Of a stretch of 64,000 bases of DNA, positions 18,773 through 28,433 are shown piece after piece. Origin of the DNA: an uncultured Rikenellaceae bacterium (GTDB lineage: Bacteria; Bacteroidota; Bacteroidia; Bacteroidales; Rikenellaceae); assembly GCA_944321925.1 (NCBI GenBank), contig CALUND010000018.1, forward strand, positions 43,555 through 107,554, written 5' to 3'. How positions within the stretch are numbered: position 1 is the first letter of the stretch; each line of letters starts with the position of its first letter. The translations under genes were made by a program, and so were the position numbers. The notes beneath the pieces were generated by a model, which was not told the DNA's origin, did not search any database, and saw only the letters and a program-made list of their open reading frames with translations.

Positions 18773-18844
18773 ACGATCGTTATTTTAAGCCTATTTCTGC
18801 CAACGAAGATATGAATTTTTCAATTCATATCCTAAAATAATGAG

Positions 18845-18852
18845 TATCTTTG
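18845..18852 (+). promoter_or_regulatory. Bacteroidota-type -7 promoter box (TATCTTTG) upstream of dxs
   Basis: Exact match to the TAnnTTTG -7 consensus of Bacteroides-type sigma-A promoters, 120 nt upstream of the dxs ATG. Confidence 0.45.
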
Positions 18853-18971
18853 CCCTCACACGATCCCGACCGCAGGACACCGAGAGGCCCTTCCCGTCCG
18901 GACCGGCGTTCATACGCCTCCGAAAATTTTTCAGGTCTCCCGATCCGTCCTCGGAATTTGCACACGAACCG

Positions 18972-20849
18972 ATGAATCACAACGATTTCAAATACCTCTG
19001 GCGCATCGACAGCCCCGCCGATCTGAAAACGCTCTCCCTCGATGAGCTTCCCCGCTATTGCGCGGAATTGAGACAGTTCATCATCGAAGAGTTGGCCGCC
19101 AATTCCGGCCATCTCGGAGCCAGTCTGGGCGCAATCGAACTGACCGTAGCGCTCCACTATGTCTTCGACACCCCGAACGACAAACTGATCTGGGATGTAG
19201 GTCACCAGGCCTATGCCCATAAAATCATCACCGGCCGGCGCGACCGATTCGACTCCCTGCGGAAACTGGGAGGCATCGGCGGCTTCCCGCGAAGGGATGA
19301 AAGCCCCTACGACGCCTTCATCGGCGGACACGCCTCCGTATCGATCTCTGCGGCCCTCGGCATGGCCACCGCATCGCGTATGGAGGGGGAGAAACGAGAC
19401 GTAGTGGCCATCATCGGAGACGGAGCCATGACGGGAGGACTCGCATTCGAAGGACTCAACAACGCCGGCGTGGCCAAAAGCGACCTGCTGGTGATCCTCA
19501 ACGACAACCGCATGGCGATCGACACCAACGTCGGAGCCCTCAAAGAATACCTGCTCAGCATCACCACCTCCAAACACTACAACCGGTTCAAAACCCGTGT
19601 CTGGAATCAGTTTCCTCCCGGGTCGCGCATCCACAATTTCCTGAAAAAAACCAGCAACGCCATTAAACAGGGCCTCCTGCAGCAGAGCAACCTTTTCGAA
19701 AGTTTCGGATTCCGCTACTTCGGACCTGTCGACGGACACGACGTGAAGAGTCTGGTCAAAGTACTCAAAGACCTGAAAGAGATTCCCGGACCGAAACTGC
19801 TCCATGCACTGACCGTCAAAGGGAAAGGATACGAACCGGCCGAACGCAATCAGGCTCTTTGGCACGCCCCGGGCCATTTCAATCCCGAAACGGGAGAGAT
19901 CCTGTCGGCAGGAGGCAGCTCGGTTCCCTCCAAATTCCAGGATGTTTTCGGAGAAACCGTTGTCGAACTGGCCCGAAAGGATCGCCGGATCGTCGGCGTC
20001 ACGCCCGCCATGCCGAGCGGCTGTTCCCTCAACCTGTTGATGCAGGCGATGCCCGACCGCTGTTTCGATGTGGGTATCGCGGAAGGACATGCGGTCACCT
20101 TCTCGGCCGGATTGGCCGCTCAGGGAATGATTCCCTTCTGCAACATCTATTCGACCTTCATGCAGCGGGCTTACGACAACGTGATCCACGATGTGGCCAT
20201 CCAACAGCTGGGCGTCGTACTTTGTCTCGATCGGGGAGGGCTGGTCGGCGAAGACGGAGCGACCCACCACGGAGCCTTCGACATCGCCTATTTCGGCTGC
20301 ATACCGGGACTCACCATCGCCTCGCCGATGAATGAAACCGAACTACGCAACCTGCTCTACACCGCTTCGCAATACGGCAAACCGTTCGTCATCCGTTATC
20401 CGCGCGGTCGCGGACCCGGTGCTCCCTGGAAAGGGGTTCCCTTCGAAACGATTCCCATCGGCCGCGGACGAAAATTGCGGGATGGCAGCGAAATGGCCCT
20501 CCTGACCTTCGGCCCGACAGGCATCTGGGCCGCCGCCGCAATCGATCAGGCGGAAAAGCAGGGTCGCTCCATCGCCCATTACGATCTGAGATTCGCCAAA
20601 CCGCTCGACGAAGAGTTGCTCCGCGAAGTGGGAACCCGTTTCCAACGCGTTATCACGGTGGAGGACGGCGTTATCCGTGGCGGTATCGGAAGTGCCGTGC
20701 AGGATTTCTTCACAGACAACGGCTTCCGTACGAAAGTCGAACGTCTCGGCATCCCCGACCGGTTCATCGAGCACGGGACTCCCGAAGAGTTGCGACATCT
20801 GTGCGGTTACAACACGGAAGGGATCTTACGCACCATCATGGCCCGCTAA
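18972..20849 (+). CDS. dxs: 1-deoxy-D-xylulose-5-phosphate synthase
   Basis: ORF 18840..20849. Preferred start is 18972 (MNHNDFKYLWRIDSPADLKTL...). Motifs GHLGASLGAIELTVALHYVF and the TPP-binding GDGAMTGGLAFEGLNNAG. About 625 aa. Confidence 0.95.
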   Translation: MNHNDFKYLWRIDSPADLKTLSLDELPRYCAELRQFIIEELAANSGHLGASLGAIELTVALHYVFDTPNDKLIWDVGHQAYAHKIITGRRDRFDSLRKLGGIGGFPRRDESPYDAFIGGHASVSISAALGMATASRMEGEKRDVVAIIGDGAMTGGLAFEGLNNAGVAKSDLLVILNDNRMAIDTNVGALKEYLLSITTSKHYNRFKTRVWNQFPPGSRIHNFLKKTSNAIKQGLLQQSNLFESFGFRYFGPVDGHDVKSLVKVLKDLKEIPGPKLLHALTVKGKGYEPAERNQALWHAPGHFNPETGEILSAGGSSVPSKFQDVFGETVVELARKDRRIVGVTPAMPSGCSLNLLMQAMPDRCFDVGIAEGHAVTFSAGLAAQGMIPFCNIYSTFMQRAYDNVIHDVAIQQLGVVLCLDRGGLVGEDGATHHGAFDIAYFGCIPGLTIASPMNETELRNLLYTASQYGKPFVIRYPRGRGPGAPWKGVPFETIPIGRGRKLRDGSEMALLTFGPTGIWAAAAIDQAEKQGRSIAHYDLRFAKPLDEELLREVGTRFQRVITVEDGVIRGGIGSAVQDFFTDNGFRTKVERLGIPDRFIEHGTPEELRHLCGYNTEGILRTIMAR

Positions 20850-20907
20850 TCGGGAAGCCGTTCAACCCCTCCCCTCGGTCTCCCGCAAAACAAAAGAAAG
20901 AAATACC

Positions 20908-21519
20908 TTATAATATATCACGCCCGAAAAGGGACAATTGCCCCGCTTCGCTGTGAAACGACACGCGATGATAAGGGGTCAATCCGTATCGGGCCACTGC
21001 AAGGCGATGCTCCCGCGTGGGATATCCCTTGTTTCGCTCCCATCCGTATTGCGGATACTCCTCTGCCAACCGGCACATCAGCTCGTCGCGATGCGTTTTC
21101 GCCAACACGGAAGCCGCCGCAATATTGGCATAGCGGGCATCGCCCCCGACGATACAGCAATATGGGATATCGAGCGTCGTGCGAAACCGATTCCCGTCGA
21201 TCAACAGAAACTCCGGCCTCACCGCCAGAGATTCGACAGCAAGCGTCATCCCCTCGAACGAGGCATTCAGGATATTGATCCGGTCGATTCGCTCCGCCGA
21301 CACCGCCTGCACAGCCCACGCAACTGCTTCACGTTCGATCACCTCCCGGAGCAGGTTGCGGTTCTTTTCGCTCATCTGCTTGCTGTCGTTGAGCAACGGA
21401 TGACTGAACCCGACGGGCAAAATGACGGCCGCCGCAAAAACGGGTCCGGCCAGACAACCCCGTCCCGCCTCATCGCAACCCGCTTCCAACAGCTCTTCAT
21501 GCAGACAACGCTCCAACAT
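20908..21519 (-). CDS. rnhB: Ribonuclease HII
   Basis: ORF 20908..21552. The start is either 21519 ([27 protein letters not shown]) or 21552. Catalytic motif [13 protein letters not shown] is present. Confidence 0.92.
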   Translation of the reverse strand: MLERCLHEELLEAGCDEAGRGCLAGPVFAAAVILPVGFSHPLLNDSKQMSEKNRNLLREVIEREAVAWAVQAVSAERIDRINILNASFEGMTLAVESLAVRPEFLLIDGNRFRTTLDIPYCCIVGGDARYANIAAASVLAKTHRDELMCRLAEEYPQYGWERNKGYPTREHRLAVARYGLTPYHRVSFHSEAGQLSLFGRDIL

Positions 21520-21641
21520 CTCCCGAATGCAACTATTTGATTTCCGAGGCAAAGTTAATCACTCCGAACAAAAAAGACGAAAAAAAGAGTTCTCCCCCAA
21601 GCGAGCTACCCCGAGCTCTTGCATCTGCTCTCGGCTTGTAT

Positions 21642-21649
21642 TATCTTTG
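21642..21649 (+). promoter_or_regulatory. -7 promoter box (TATCTTTG) immediately upstream of metX
   Basis: Exact TAnnTTTG match ending 7 nt before the metX ATG at 21657. This implies a leaderless or near-leaderless transcript. Confidence 0.45.
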
Positions 21650-21656
21650 CAGGGAG

Positions 21657-22682
21657 ATGGAAGTCCGTTATTTCAAATACGACAAGCCTTTTCAACTGGA
21701 AAGCGGAGCCGTTCTGCCCCGATTGACCGTTGCCTACCACACGTACGGCCAACAACGCAGCGACAACGTCCTGTGGGTGTGCCATGCACTGACGGCCAAT
21801 TCCGACGTGAACGACTGGTGGCCCCATACCGTCGAACCGGGACGATTCCTCGATCCGGAGCGTTACTTCATCGTATGCGCCAACATACTCGGGTCCCATT
21901 ACGGCACGACGGGACCGCTCAGCAGTCAACCGGACGGCCTTCCCTACTACACCGACTTCCCGTTCGTTACCATCCGCGACATCGCTCGCGTCAACCTGCT
22001 GTTGGCAGACCACCTGGGAATCCAATCCGTACGTGCCCTGATCGGCAGCTCGATCGGAGGATTCCAGGCACTCGAAATGGCCCTGACGAAACCCGGATTC
22101 GCCGAACGGCTCGTGCTGATTGCCACGTCGGCCTGCAGTCGCCCCTGGGCTACCGCCATCAACGAATCGCAACGCATGGCGATCCGGGCCGACCAGACTT
22201 TCGGAGAGCCGAATGAAGCGGCAGGCAAAGAGGGAATGAGCGTCGCCCGCTCCATCGGACTCCTCTCCTACCGGGGCAGCCTCGCCTACAACGCCACCCA
22301 ACAGGACCCGGACAACACGCTCAGACGCACGGACCGGCGGGCCATCACCTATCAGCAATACCAGGGAGAAAAACTGACCAGACGATTCGACGCCTACTCC
22401 TACTATACCCTTACCGAAGCGTTCGATTCGCACAACGTGGGGCGCGGCCGTGGCGGGATGGAACAGGCTCTCTCCACGATCGATGCCGAAACGTTGCTGA
22501 TCGGCATCACATCGGATATCATCATGCCCGTTGAAGAGTTGATCTTTCTCTACCGACACATTCCGCGGGCCCGCATCCATCTGCTTTCGTCCGACTTCGG
22601 GCACGACGGATTCCTGGTGGAGGCCGACAAACTCAACGCCATTCTTAAACCATTCATCGATTCCAATATTACCGAAATATGA
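21657..22682 (+). CDS. metX: Homoserine O-acetyltransferase
   Basis: ORF 21537..22682. Preferred start is 21657 ([31 protein letters not shown]). Motif [11 protein letters not shown]. Nucleophile elbow [10 protein letters not shown]-terminal SDFGHDGFL. Confidence 0.9.
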   Translation: MEVRYFKYDKPFQLESGAVLPRLTVAYHTYGQQRSDNVLWVCHALTANSDVNDWWPHTVEPGRFLDPERYFIVCANILGSHYGTTGPLSSQPDGLPYYTDFPFVTIRDIARVNLLLADHLGIQSVRALIGSSIGGFQALEMALTKPGFAERLVLIATSACSRPWATAINESQRMAIRADQTFGEPNEAAGKEGMSVARSIGLLSYRGSLAYNATQQDPDNTLRRTDRRAITYQQYQGEKLTRRFDAYSYYTLTEAFDSHNVGRGRGGMEQALSTIDAETLLIGITSDIIMPVEELIFLYRHIPRARIHLLSSDFGHDGFLVEADKLNAILKPFIDSNITEI

Positions 22683-23974
22683 AACTCCCGTCCAAAGTGA
22701 ACGTCCTGCTGCTCGGCAGCGGCGGCAGAGAACATGCATTCGCACGCAGCATCGCAGCGAGCCCCCGACTGGAACAACTCTATATCGCCCCGGGCAACGC
22801 CGGAACAGCTGAACTCGGCACCAATGTGGAGATCGCACCGAACAACTTCGGAGCCATCCGCCAATTCGTCCTGAACAACCACATCCAACTGGTCGTGGTT
22901 GGCCCGGAAGAACCCTTGGTCAGGGGAATCGTAGATTTCTTCCGCGAAGACCCCGAATTACACATGGTCCCCGTCATCGGACCTTCGGAGGCCGGAGCTC
23001 GTCTCGAAGGGAGTAAGGAGTTTGCCAAAGCATTCATGAGCCGCCACACGATACCGACTGCGGCCTACCGTTCCTTTACCCGCGAAACAGCGGCCGACGC
23101 CGAAGCCTTTTTGGAGAGCCTCGAACCGCCGTTCGTATTGAAAGCCGACGGACTGGCAGCCGGGAAAGGCGTGGTGATCGTTCCGGAATTGAATGAGGCA
23201 AAATCCGAACTGCAGGAGATGCTCCAGGGAAAATTCGGAACGGCAAGTTCCAAAGTCGTAATCGAACAGTTCCTCTCGGGTATCGAATGTTCGGTCTTCG
23301 TCGCCACAGACGGCAAAAACTACAAGATCCTCCCCGTGGCAAAAGACTACAAACGGATCAGCGACGGAGATACCGGGCTCAATACAGGCGGTATGGGAGC
23401 CGTATCACCCGTTCCGTTTGCCGACGAAGCGTTCATGGAGAAGGTGCGCACCCGCATTGTGGAACCCACGATCAAAGGCCTCGCAGAGGAAAAAATCGAC
23501 TACCGTGGCTTCCTTTTCATCGGACTCATGAACGTCTCGGGCGATCCATACGTCATCGAATACAACGTCCGCATGGGCGATCCGGAGACCGAAGTGGTTC
23601 TGCCCCGCATCACCAGCGACATCATGGGGCTGTTCGAAGGGATCGCCTTCGGATCGCTCGACCGCTACGACCTGACCGTCGACGAACAGTGTGCCGTCAC
23701 CGTAGTGTGCGTCTCGGGAGGCTATCCGGAGACCTACCGAAAAGGATTCCCGATCTCCGGACTCCACAGCGCCGAGAGCCGGGAAAGCATCATTTTCCAT
23801 GCCGGCACCCAACTCAAAGAGGGACGCACATTAACCGCCGGAGGACGCGTATTGGCCATCACCTCCCTCGGCGATACGCTCCGGCAAGCTCTCTCGCGCA
23901 GCTACCGCACCATCGGCAGCATCGATTACGAGGCGATGACCTTCCGACGCGACATCGGACAAGACCTCCAATAA
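22679..23974 (+). CDS. purD: Phosphoribosylamine--glycine ligase
   Basis: 431 aa. The start overlaps the metX stop (ATGA). Motifs [15 protein letters not shown]-grasp region, [11 protein letters not shown]. Confidence 0.95.
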   Translation: MKLPSKVNVLLLGSGGREHAFARSIAASPRLEQLYIAPGNAGTAELGTNVEIAPNNFGAIRQFVLNNHIQLVVVGPEEPLVRGIVDFFREDPELHMVPVIGPSEAGARLEGSKEFAKAFMSRHTIPTAAYRSFTRETAADAEAFLESLEPPFVLKADGLAAGKGVVIVPELNEAKSELQEMLQGKFGTASSKVVIEQFLSGIECSVFVATDGKNYKILPVAKDYKRISDGDTGLNTGGMGAVSPVPFADEAFMEKVRTRIVEPTIKGLAEEKIDYRGFLFIGLMNVSGDPYVIEYNVRMGDPETEVVLPRITSDIMGLFEGIAFGSLDRYDLTVDEQCAVTVVCVSGGYPETYRKGFPISGLHSAESRESIIFHAGTQLKEGRTLTAGGRVLAITSLGDTLRQALSRSYRTIGSIDYEAMTFRRDIGQDLQ

Positions 23975-23990
23975 AACCCTATAACGGGGC

Positions 23991-24977
23991 ATGAAACCCG
24001 ACGCCACACACCAGCCGCTCGGACTCATCCTGCTGGAGAGTCTGCTTCTCATGACGTTTTTCGTCATAAGACATCAGCTCGCCCCCTGGACGGCTGAAAG
24101 CGTCGGACCGAGTGGAGCTCCCCTGGCAGAGCTGTTAACCCGATTTTCGCGTTCCGCCCCCGGCTGGAGTCAAACGATAGCATACGCCATCGCCCTGTGG
24201 AGCGCTCTGGCAACAACCCGTCTGGCCATCCGCTACACGATCGTCCCCACACGAAACTATCTGCCGACGATCATCTATCTACTCACAGCCTGTGGATTGC
24301 TGTTCCCCGAACAATCATTGGTCGCCTTTATCGGCGGATGGTTGCTGATCCTCTCCACAAAACACTTCATCGCCTCCTTCCATAAGGATTACCGGTTCGA
24401 CAACGTCTTTCGCGGAAGTTTCTACCTCGGTCTGCTACCGCTACTCTATGCGCCTGCACTGCTCCTGATGTTACTCGCCCCCGGACTGTGGATTCTCTAC
24501 AGACGCTCTCCGAGAGAGTGCATCATCGGTCTCGCCGGACTGCTCCTTCCGCTTTTCACCGCAGCCTACATCTATTGGGCCATGGGATATCCTTTCAGTT
24601 ATCCATTTTGGCTCCTGTTTACCGAAGCACAAGGCTACGATTACATGTTTTGGGCATCTTTTCAACCGGCCACTCTCGCAACCACAGCCCTGCTATCCTT
24701 AGCCGTAGTGGCTGCGATCGGATATATCCTTTCGCTCAGGCATAGCTACCGGACTCGGCTACGAAAAATCATGGTTCATCTCCTGCTCTTACTATTCGTA
24801 CTGTCTCTGTCCGCTGCCGCCGGAGGAAGCAGCCCACTCCTTTTTCCCCTCTTAGCCCTTCCGATCACGTTACTCACGGCTCGCGCCTTCACCGGCAGAT
24901 CGATCCGGACAGCATCGGTGGCTTATTGGATGATTCTGGCAGTCATCCTCGCATCGAATCTGAGCTCGCTTCTCTAA
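23991..24977 (+). CDS. Polytopic inner-membrane protein of unknown function
   Basis: 328 aa with about 8-9 hydrophobic helices and no catalytic motif that I recognise. Starts 16 nt after purD. Confidence 0.7.
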   Translation: MKPDATHQPLGLILLESLLLMTFFVIRHQLAPWTAESVGPSGAPLAELLTRFSRSAPGWSQTIAYAIALWSALATTRLAIRYTIVPTRNYLPTIIYLLTACGLLFPEQSLVAFIGGWLLILSTKHFIASFHKDYRFDNVFRGSFYLGLLPLLYAPALLLMLLAPGLWILYRRSPRECIIGLAGLLLPLFTAAYIYWAMGYPFSYPFWLLFTEAQGYDYMFWASFQPATLATTALLSLAVVAAIGYILSLRHSYRTRLRKIMVHLLLLLFVLSLSAAAGGSSPLLFPLLALPITLLTARAFTGRSIRTASVAYWMILAVILASNLSSLL

Positions 24978-25393
24978 AAAGCAACAAAAAAGAGCTACAC
25001 AAGTCAACCGTTCGAACGATTTTTATTCGTCATCGAACAAATCCATACGCTATTCAACCTGGTTTTTCCAATTTTCCACTCCTTATTTCTATATAATTCG
25101 TTATATTTCATTCTGTATTCGAGTTTTTTTATATTCCATTCGCACACAAATAGGCAACGGATCAGTATATTTTACAGTCCAACAAGGCCAAAGTATATTT
25201 CATTTCGAGGCATACTACAGTACAAACAACTGATTATCAATATATAATAAAATGATTACAATATTAATTGCAATTTTATTGCATAATTTTAAAATTAAAT
25301 ATTGTATATTCTAAAACTAAATTGTAATTTTGAGTTACACTCCAGTAAAAAACGGAGCTATACATTTAACTATTCATTTAATATTTCATCATT

Positions 25394-26308
25394 ATGCTTA
25401 ACTCTCCCCAAAAGACGATCCAACAACCCATGATCGTCAAGTATGTTCAACCCTATCGCAACGGCTCTCAATCGCACAATCTCTCCCGCCACGGAATCGG
25501 TTATGTAATTCGGGGCAAAAAGCTCATCTACAATGGCGATATTTGCCATGAGGTCAATCGCGGCGATCTCTTCTTTCTGAGTGCCGGAACTCACTACATC
25601 GAAGACATCCCGGAAGAAAATCGGCCTTTCGAACAGATCGTCTTTTTCTACACCCCGGATCAATTGGGACGGATTCTCTCCCACCTCAGCATGACCTACA
25701 ACATGAATATCGAAAAGAGTCACTCGTGCGAGAATTGTTACGGGAAAGACTATGTCATCTATCCGGCCTGGAATGCCATCAAGAATTTCTTTGCCACAAC
25801 CAACCAGTACATCAAGGACGATCTCTTCTCCCACGATGAGACTGCCGAGAATATCAAGATGACGGAACTCATCTACCTGATCGTATCGCAAAAAGATTGC
25901 TGCCTGAAAAGTAAAATCCTCAGCAGTGTCGATCAGGCGAAAGAGTCTTTTGAAAAGACTGTCAGGAACCATATCTTCGTCGATATCTCAATCGGCGACC
26001 TGGCCAAAGAGTGCAATCGTTCGCTCACCTCATTCAAAAAGGAGTTCAAACGGCACTTCTTCGAACCGCCCCACAAATGGTTCATCAAACAGAGACTGAC
26101 TCATGCCCGCATGCTGCTGATCACTACGGACAAATCCATTGCAGAGATCGGTATCGAGTGCAATTTCCCCAACACGTCGCACTTCATCAAACTCTACAAA
26201 AAAGAGTATGGGATGACTCCGGCGGTCTATCGCAACAAACACGCGGAAAACACCTTCGGAGAGATCTACTCCGTACCGGAGAAAGCGCCGGTACAGCACG
26301 CTCAATAG
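25394..26308 (+). CDS. AraC-family transcriptional regulator (cupin-like N-domain plus C-terminal HTH)
   Basis: 304 aa. C-terminal AraC signature: IGDLAKECNRSLTSFKKEFKRHF...ITTDKSIAEIGIECNFPNTSHFIKLYKKEYGMTPAVYR. The gene and its 416-nt upstream region are visibly more AT-rich than the flanks. Confidence 0.88.
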   Translation: MLNSPQKTIQQPMIVKYVQPYRNGSQSHNLSRHGIGYVIRGKKLIYNGDICHEVNRGDLFFLSAGTHYIEDIPEENRPFEQIVFFYTPDQLGRILSHLSMTYNMNIEKSHSCENCYGKDYVIYPAWNAIKNFFATTNQYIKDDLFSHDETAENIKMTELIYLIVSQKDCCLKSKILSSVDQAKESFEKTVRNHIFVDISIGDLAKECNRSLTSFKKEFKRHFFEPPHKWFIKQRLTHARMLLITTDKSIAEIGIECNFPNTSHFIKLYKKEYGMTPAVYRNKHAENTFGEIYSVPEKAPVQHAQ

Positions 26309-26324
26309 AATAGCCTATTAGACG

Positions 26325-26360
26325 ACGACGGACATCTTTCGAAAGATGTCCGTCGTTTTT
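26325..26360 (+). terminator. Intrinsic terminator after the AraC-family gene
   Basis: Inverted repeat of ACGACGGACATCTTTC (26325-26340) and GAAAGATGTCCGTCGT (26341-26356), followed by a T-run. Confidence 0.75.
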
Positions 26361-26398
26361 CTTCGCCGGCCGAAAACGGCAAAACGAAACGGCTTCCG

Positions 26399-27277
26399 CT
26401 ACCGAGGATAGATTTCGTGCCGCGCCGCTTTCAGCGTATTCTGCATGAGTGAAATGATGGTCATCGGCCCCACTCCGCCCGGAACAGGCGTAATAAATGA
26501 ACATTTCGGAGCCACTTCATCGTATTTCACATCGCCCACCAAGCGCCAGCCGCTTTTCGTCTTGTCGCTCGGCAAACGGGTAATTCCCACATCGATCACC
26601 ACAGCTCCCGGCTTCACCATGTCGGCCGTGACGAATTCGGCCTTGCCGAGCGCCGCAATCAAAATATCCGCCGAAGCGGCCACCTGTTTCAGGTCGCGTG
26701 TCCGGCTATGGCACAGCGTCACCGTGCAGTCCCAACCCTTCTGCGAAAGCAGATTGGCCACCGGGCGACCCACGATGTTACTGCGACCGATCACCACGCA
26801 GTGTCGACCGGCCGTCTCGATCCCGTAATAACGGAGCAAAGACAGAATACCGTCGGGCGTAGCCGAAACGAATGCCGGCAGGCCGGAGTTCATCCGTCCC
26901 ACATTGATAGGGTGGAACCCATCCACATCCTTGCGCGGATCGATCGCCTCGATCACCTTCTGCTCCGAAATATGACGCGGCAAAGGCAACTGCACAATGA
27001 ATCCGTCGACCTCCTCGTCGGCATTCAGCCGATCGATATGCGCCAGCAGCTCCTCTTCGGAGGTCTCCTCCGGCAGCCGGAGCACCGTGGATCGGAACCC
27101 GCACTCTCCGCAACACTTCTCCTTATGTCCCACATATGTTTGGCTGGCACCGTCCGTTCCCACCAGGATCGCCACCAGATGAGGGGCACGTTTCCCGGCC
27201 CGAACCATTTCTGCCACCTCGTCGGCAATCTGCTTGCGCAAAGCTGCCGCCACCTCTTTTCCGTCGATAATCGTCAT
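26399..27277 (-). CDS. folD: Bifunctional methylenetetrahydrofolate dehydrogenase / methenyl-THF cyclohydrolase
   Basis: ORF 26399..27307. The likely start is 27277 ([11 protein letters not shown]); the alternative at 27307 would overlap the upstream gene. Motifs [31 protein letters not shown]. Confidence 0.93.
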   Translation of the reverse strand: MTIIDGKEVAAALRKQIADEVAEMVRAGKRAPHLVAILVGTDGASQTYVGHKEKCCGECGFRSTVLRLPEETSEEELLAHIDRLNADEEVDGFIVQLPLPRHISEQKVIEAIDPRKDVDGFHPINVGRMNSGLPAFVSATPDGILSLLRYYGIETAGRHCVVIGRSNIVGRPVANLLSQKGWDCTVTLCHSRTRDLKQVAASADILIAALGKAEFVTADMVKPGAVVIDVGITRLPSDKTKSGWRLVGDVKYDEVAPKCSFITPVPGGVGPMTIISLMQNTLKAARHEIYPR

Positions 27278-27294
27278 AATCGTCTTCTTTGTCT

Positions 27295-28269
27295 CTATTT
27301 TACCCATTCATTCGCTTTTTCCCGATTGTCGTAGATGGTCTGCTCGATACGCGGAATCGACATGCAGTCCTTCAGGAGTACCCGTTTCTTGCCATCGAGC
27401 AGATAAAGAGTCGGAATCGCCTGCAGGTCATAGAGTTCCTGGTCCTTGATTCGGAGCTCTTTGTCGTAACTGTTGATCCACTCCTCCGGGATATTGGGCG
27501 CGTAATCATACCATTCCGTCAGATCCTGATCGGGATAGATTGCCAACACCTTCAGCACACCCAACTGAATCAACTGAGAAAGGAAGCCGGAAGCCGTAAT
27601 CGCCTCCTTCACCTCCTTGCATGCCGGACAACCGGGGTTATTGATAAAAATCAACACAAAAGGAGCTTTGATCCCATACAATGTTCCCGTTTCCCCCGAA
27701 GCGAGCGTATAACGGAAATCGGCCGCAGGCGTTCCCACCCGATTCTTGAGCGACAGTTTCAACTGCTCCTGCGGACGGATCTTTTCATATTCGTCGAGCA
27801 AAGGGCTGGCCACCATCGACTGAAGGGTGACGATATAATATTCATCGTTTCGCACCGGGGAGTTCGGATCGTAAAAATAAAGCTCGGCCAACTCCGTAAA
27901 ACAGTCGTACATTTTTCGCGATGCCTGCGCCTTATCGAAGAGGGTCTCCACCGACCGGATGCCGGCCTCCACGGGAACAGCGCTCAGAACGGTCGCATAA
28001 GATCCGAATGCAACCTCCATCACCTGCTTTGCATCGGCATAGGTGGTATCGGTAAAATCGAAATTATCCCAATAGTGCTCGGTCAACCACAACGCCTGTT
28101 CGCCACGATCGGTCATCATGGCCGGCGGCTCCGGAACGACCACCTTTCGTTGTTCAACTTGTTCGGCCGACGATGCAGTCGGTTCGGTCTGCACGGCCGG
28201 AGCGGCTCCTCTGCGACCACAGGCGCCGAGCATCAACAAGGCGCAACACAGAATCATCGATTTTCTCAT
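27295..28269 (-). CDS. Thioredoxin-fold (TlpA/AhpC-like) lipoprotein with N-terminal helical domain
   Basis: ORF 27295..28308. Preferred start is 28269 ([18 protein letters not shown], lipobox). CxxC motif in [12 protein letters not shown]. Confidence 0.8.
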   Translation of the reverse strand: MRKSMILCCALLMLGACGRRGAAPAVQTEPTASSAEQVEQRKVVVPEPPAMMTDRGEQALWLTEHYWDNFDFTDTTYADAKQVMEVAFGSYATVLSAVPVEAGIRSVETLFDKAQASRKMYDCFTELAELYFYDPNSPVRNDEYYIVTLQSMVASPLLDEYEKIRPQEQLKLSLKNRVGTPAADFRYTLASGETGTLYGIKAPFVLIFINNPGCPACKEVKEAITASGFLSQLIQLGVLKVLAIYPDQDLTEWYDYAPNIPEEWINSYDKELRIKDQELYDLQAIPTLYLLDGKKRVLLKDCMSIPRIEQTIYDNREKANEWVK

Positions 28270-28433
28270 AACCACGCTATTTGGTCTCTTTCCCGCAAAA
28301 TTAATCAATCTACCGATATTTCACACGACACAGAGCCCGGAAAAAGGCTTTTTCGGCCGCATTCGGCATATTTGCACACTCTTTGTAAACGATCGTTCCG
28401 AGAACGAAATCATTTTAACACAAATCGAATCTT

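Noticed and set aside
16367-18814. 815-aa plus-strand ORF running antisense across frr, pyrH and the OmpA-family gene, including their spacers.
   Set aside because: All three minus-strand genes are confidently identified. The long ORF has no domain signature and arises from stop-codon depletion on the antisense strand, together with the short spacers happening to stay open.
18853-18971. Riboswitch or leader check: the 120-nt dxs leader (TPP?) and the metX upstream region (SAM?).
   Set aside because: The dxs leader lacks the conserved CUGAGA / ACCUGA-type TPP-element cores that I can recognise. The metX spacer is too short for any riboswitch. A covariance-model scan would be needed to exclude other elements.
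18825-20270. 481-aa minus-strand ORF antisense to dxs. Similar antisense ORFs occur at 49661..51682 (+), 56411..57931 (-), 28464..29543 (-), 39247..40479 (+) and 21606..22838 (-).
   Set aside because: Each lies opposite a gene with strong family motifs and has a biased, motif-free composition. They are treated as non-coding shadow ORFs.
25252-25314. 20-codon hydrophobic mini-ORF (MITILIAILLHNFKIKYCIF) upstream of the AraC-family gene.
   Set aside because: It sits in extremely AT-rich sequence, where ATG...TAA ORFs encoding Ile/Leu/Phe/Lys arise by chance. There is no supporting promoter or conservation evidence. It is mentioned only as something ribosome profiling could test.
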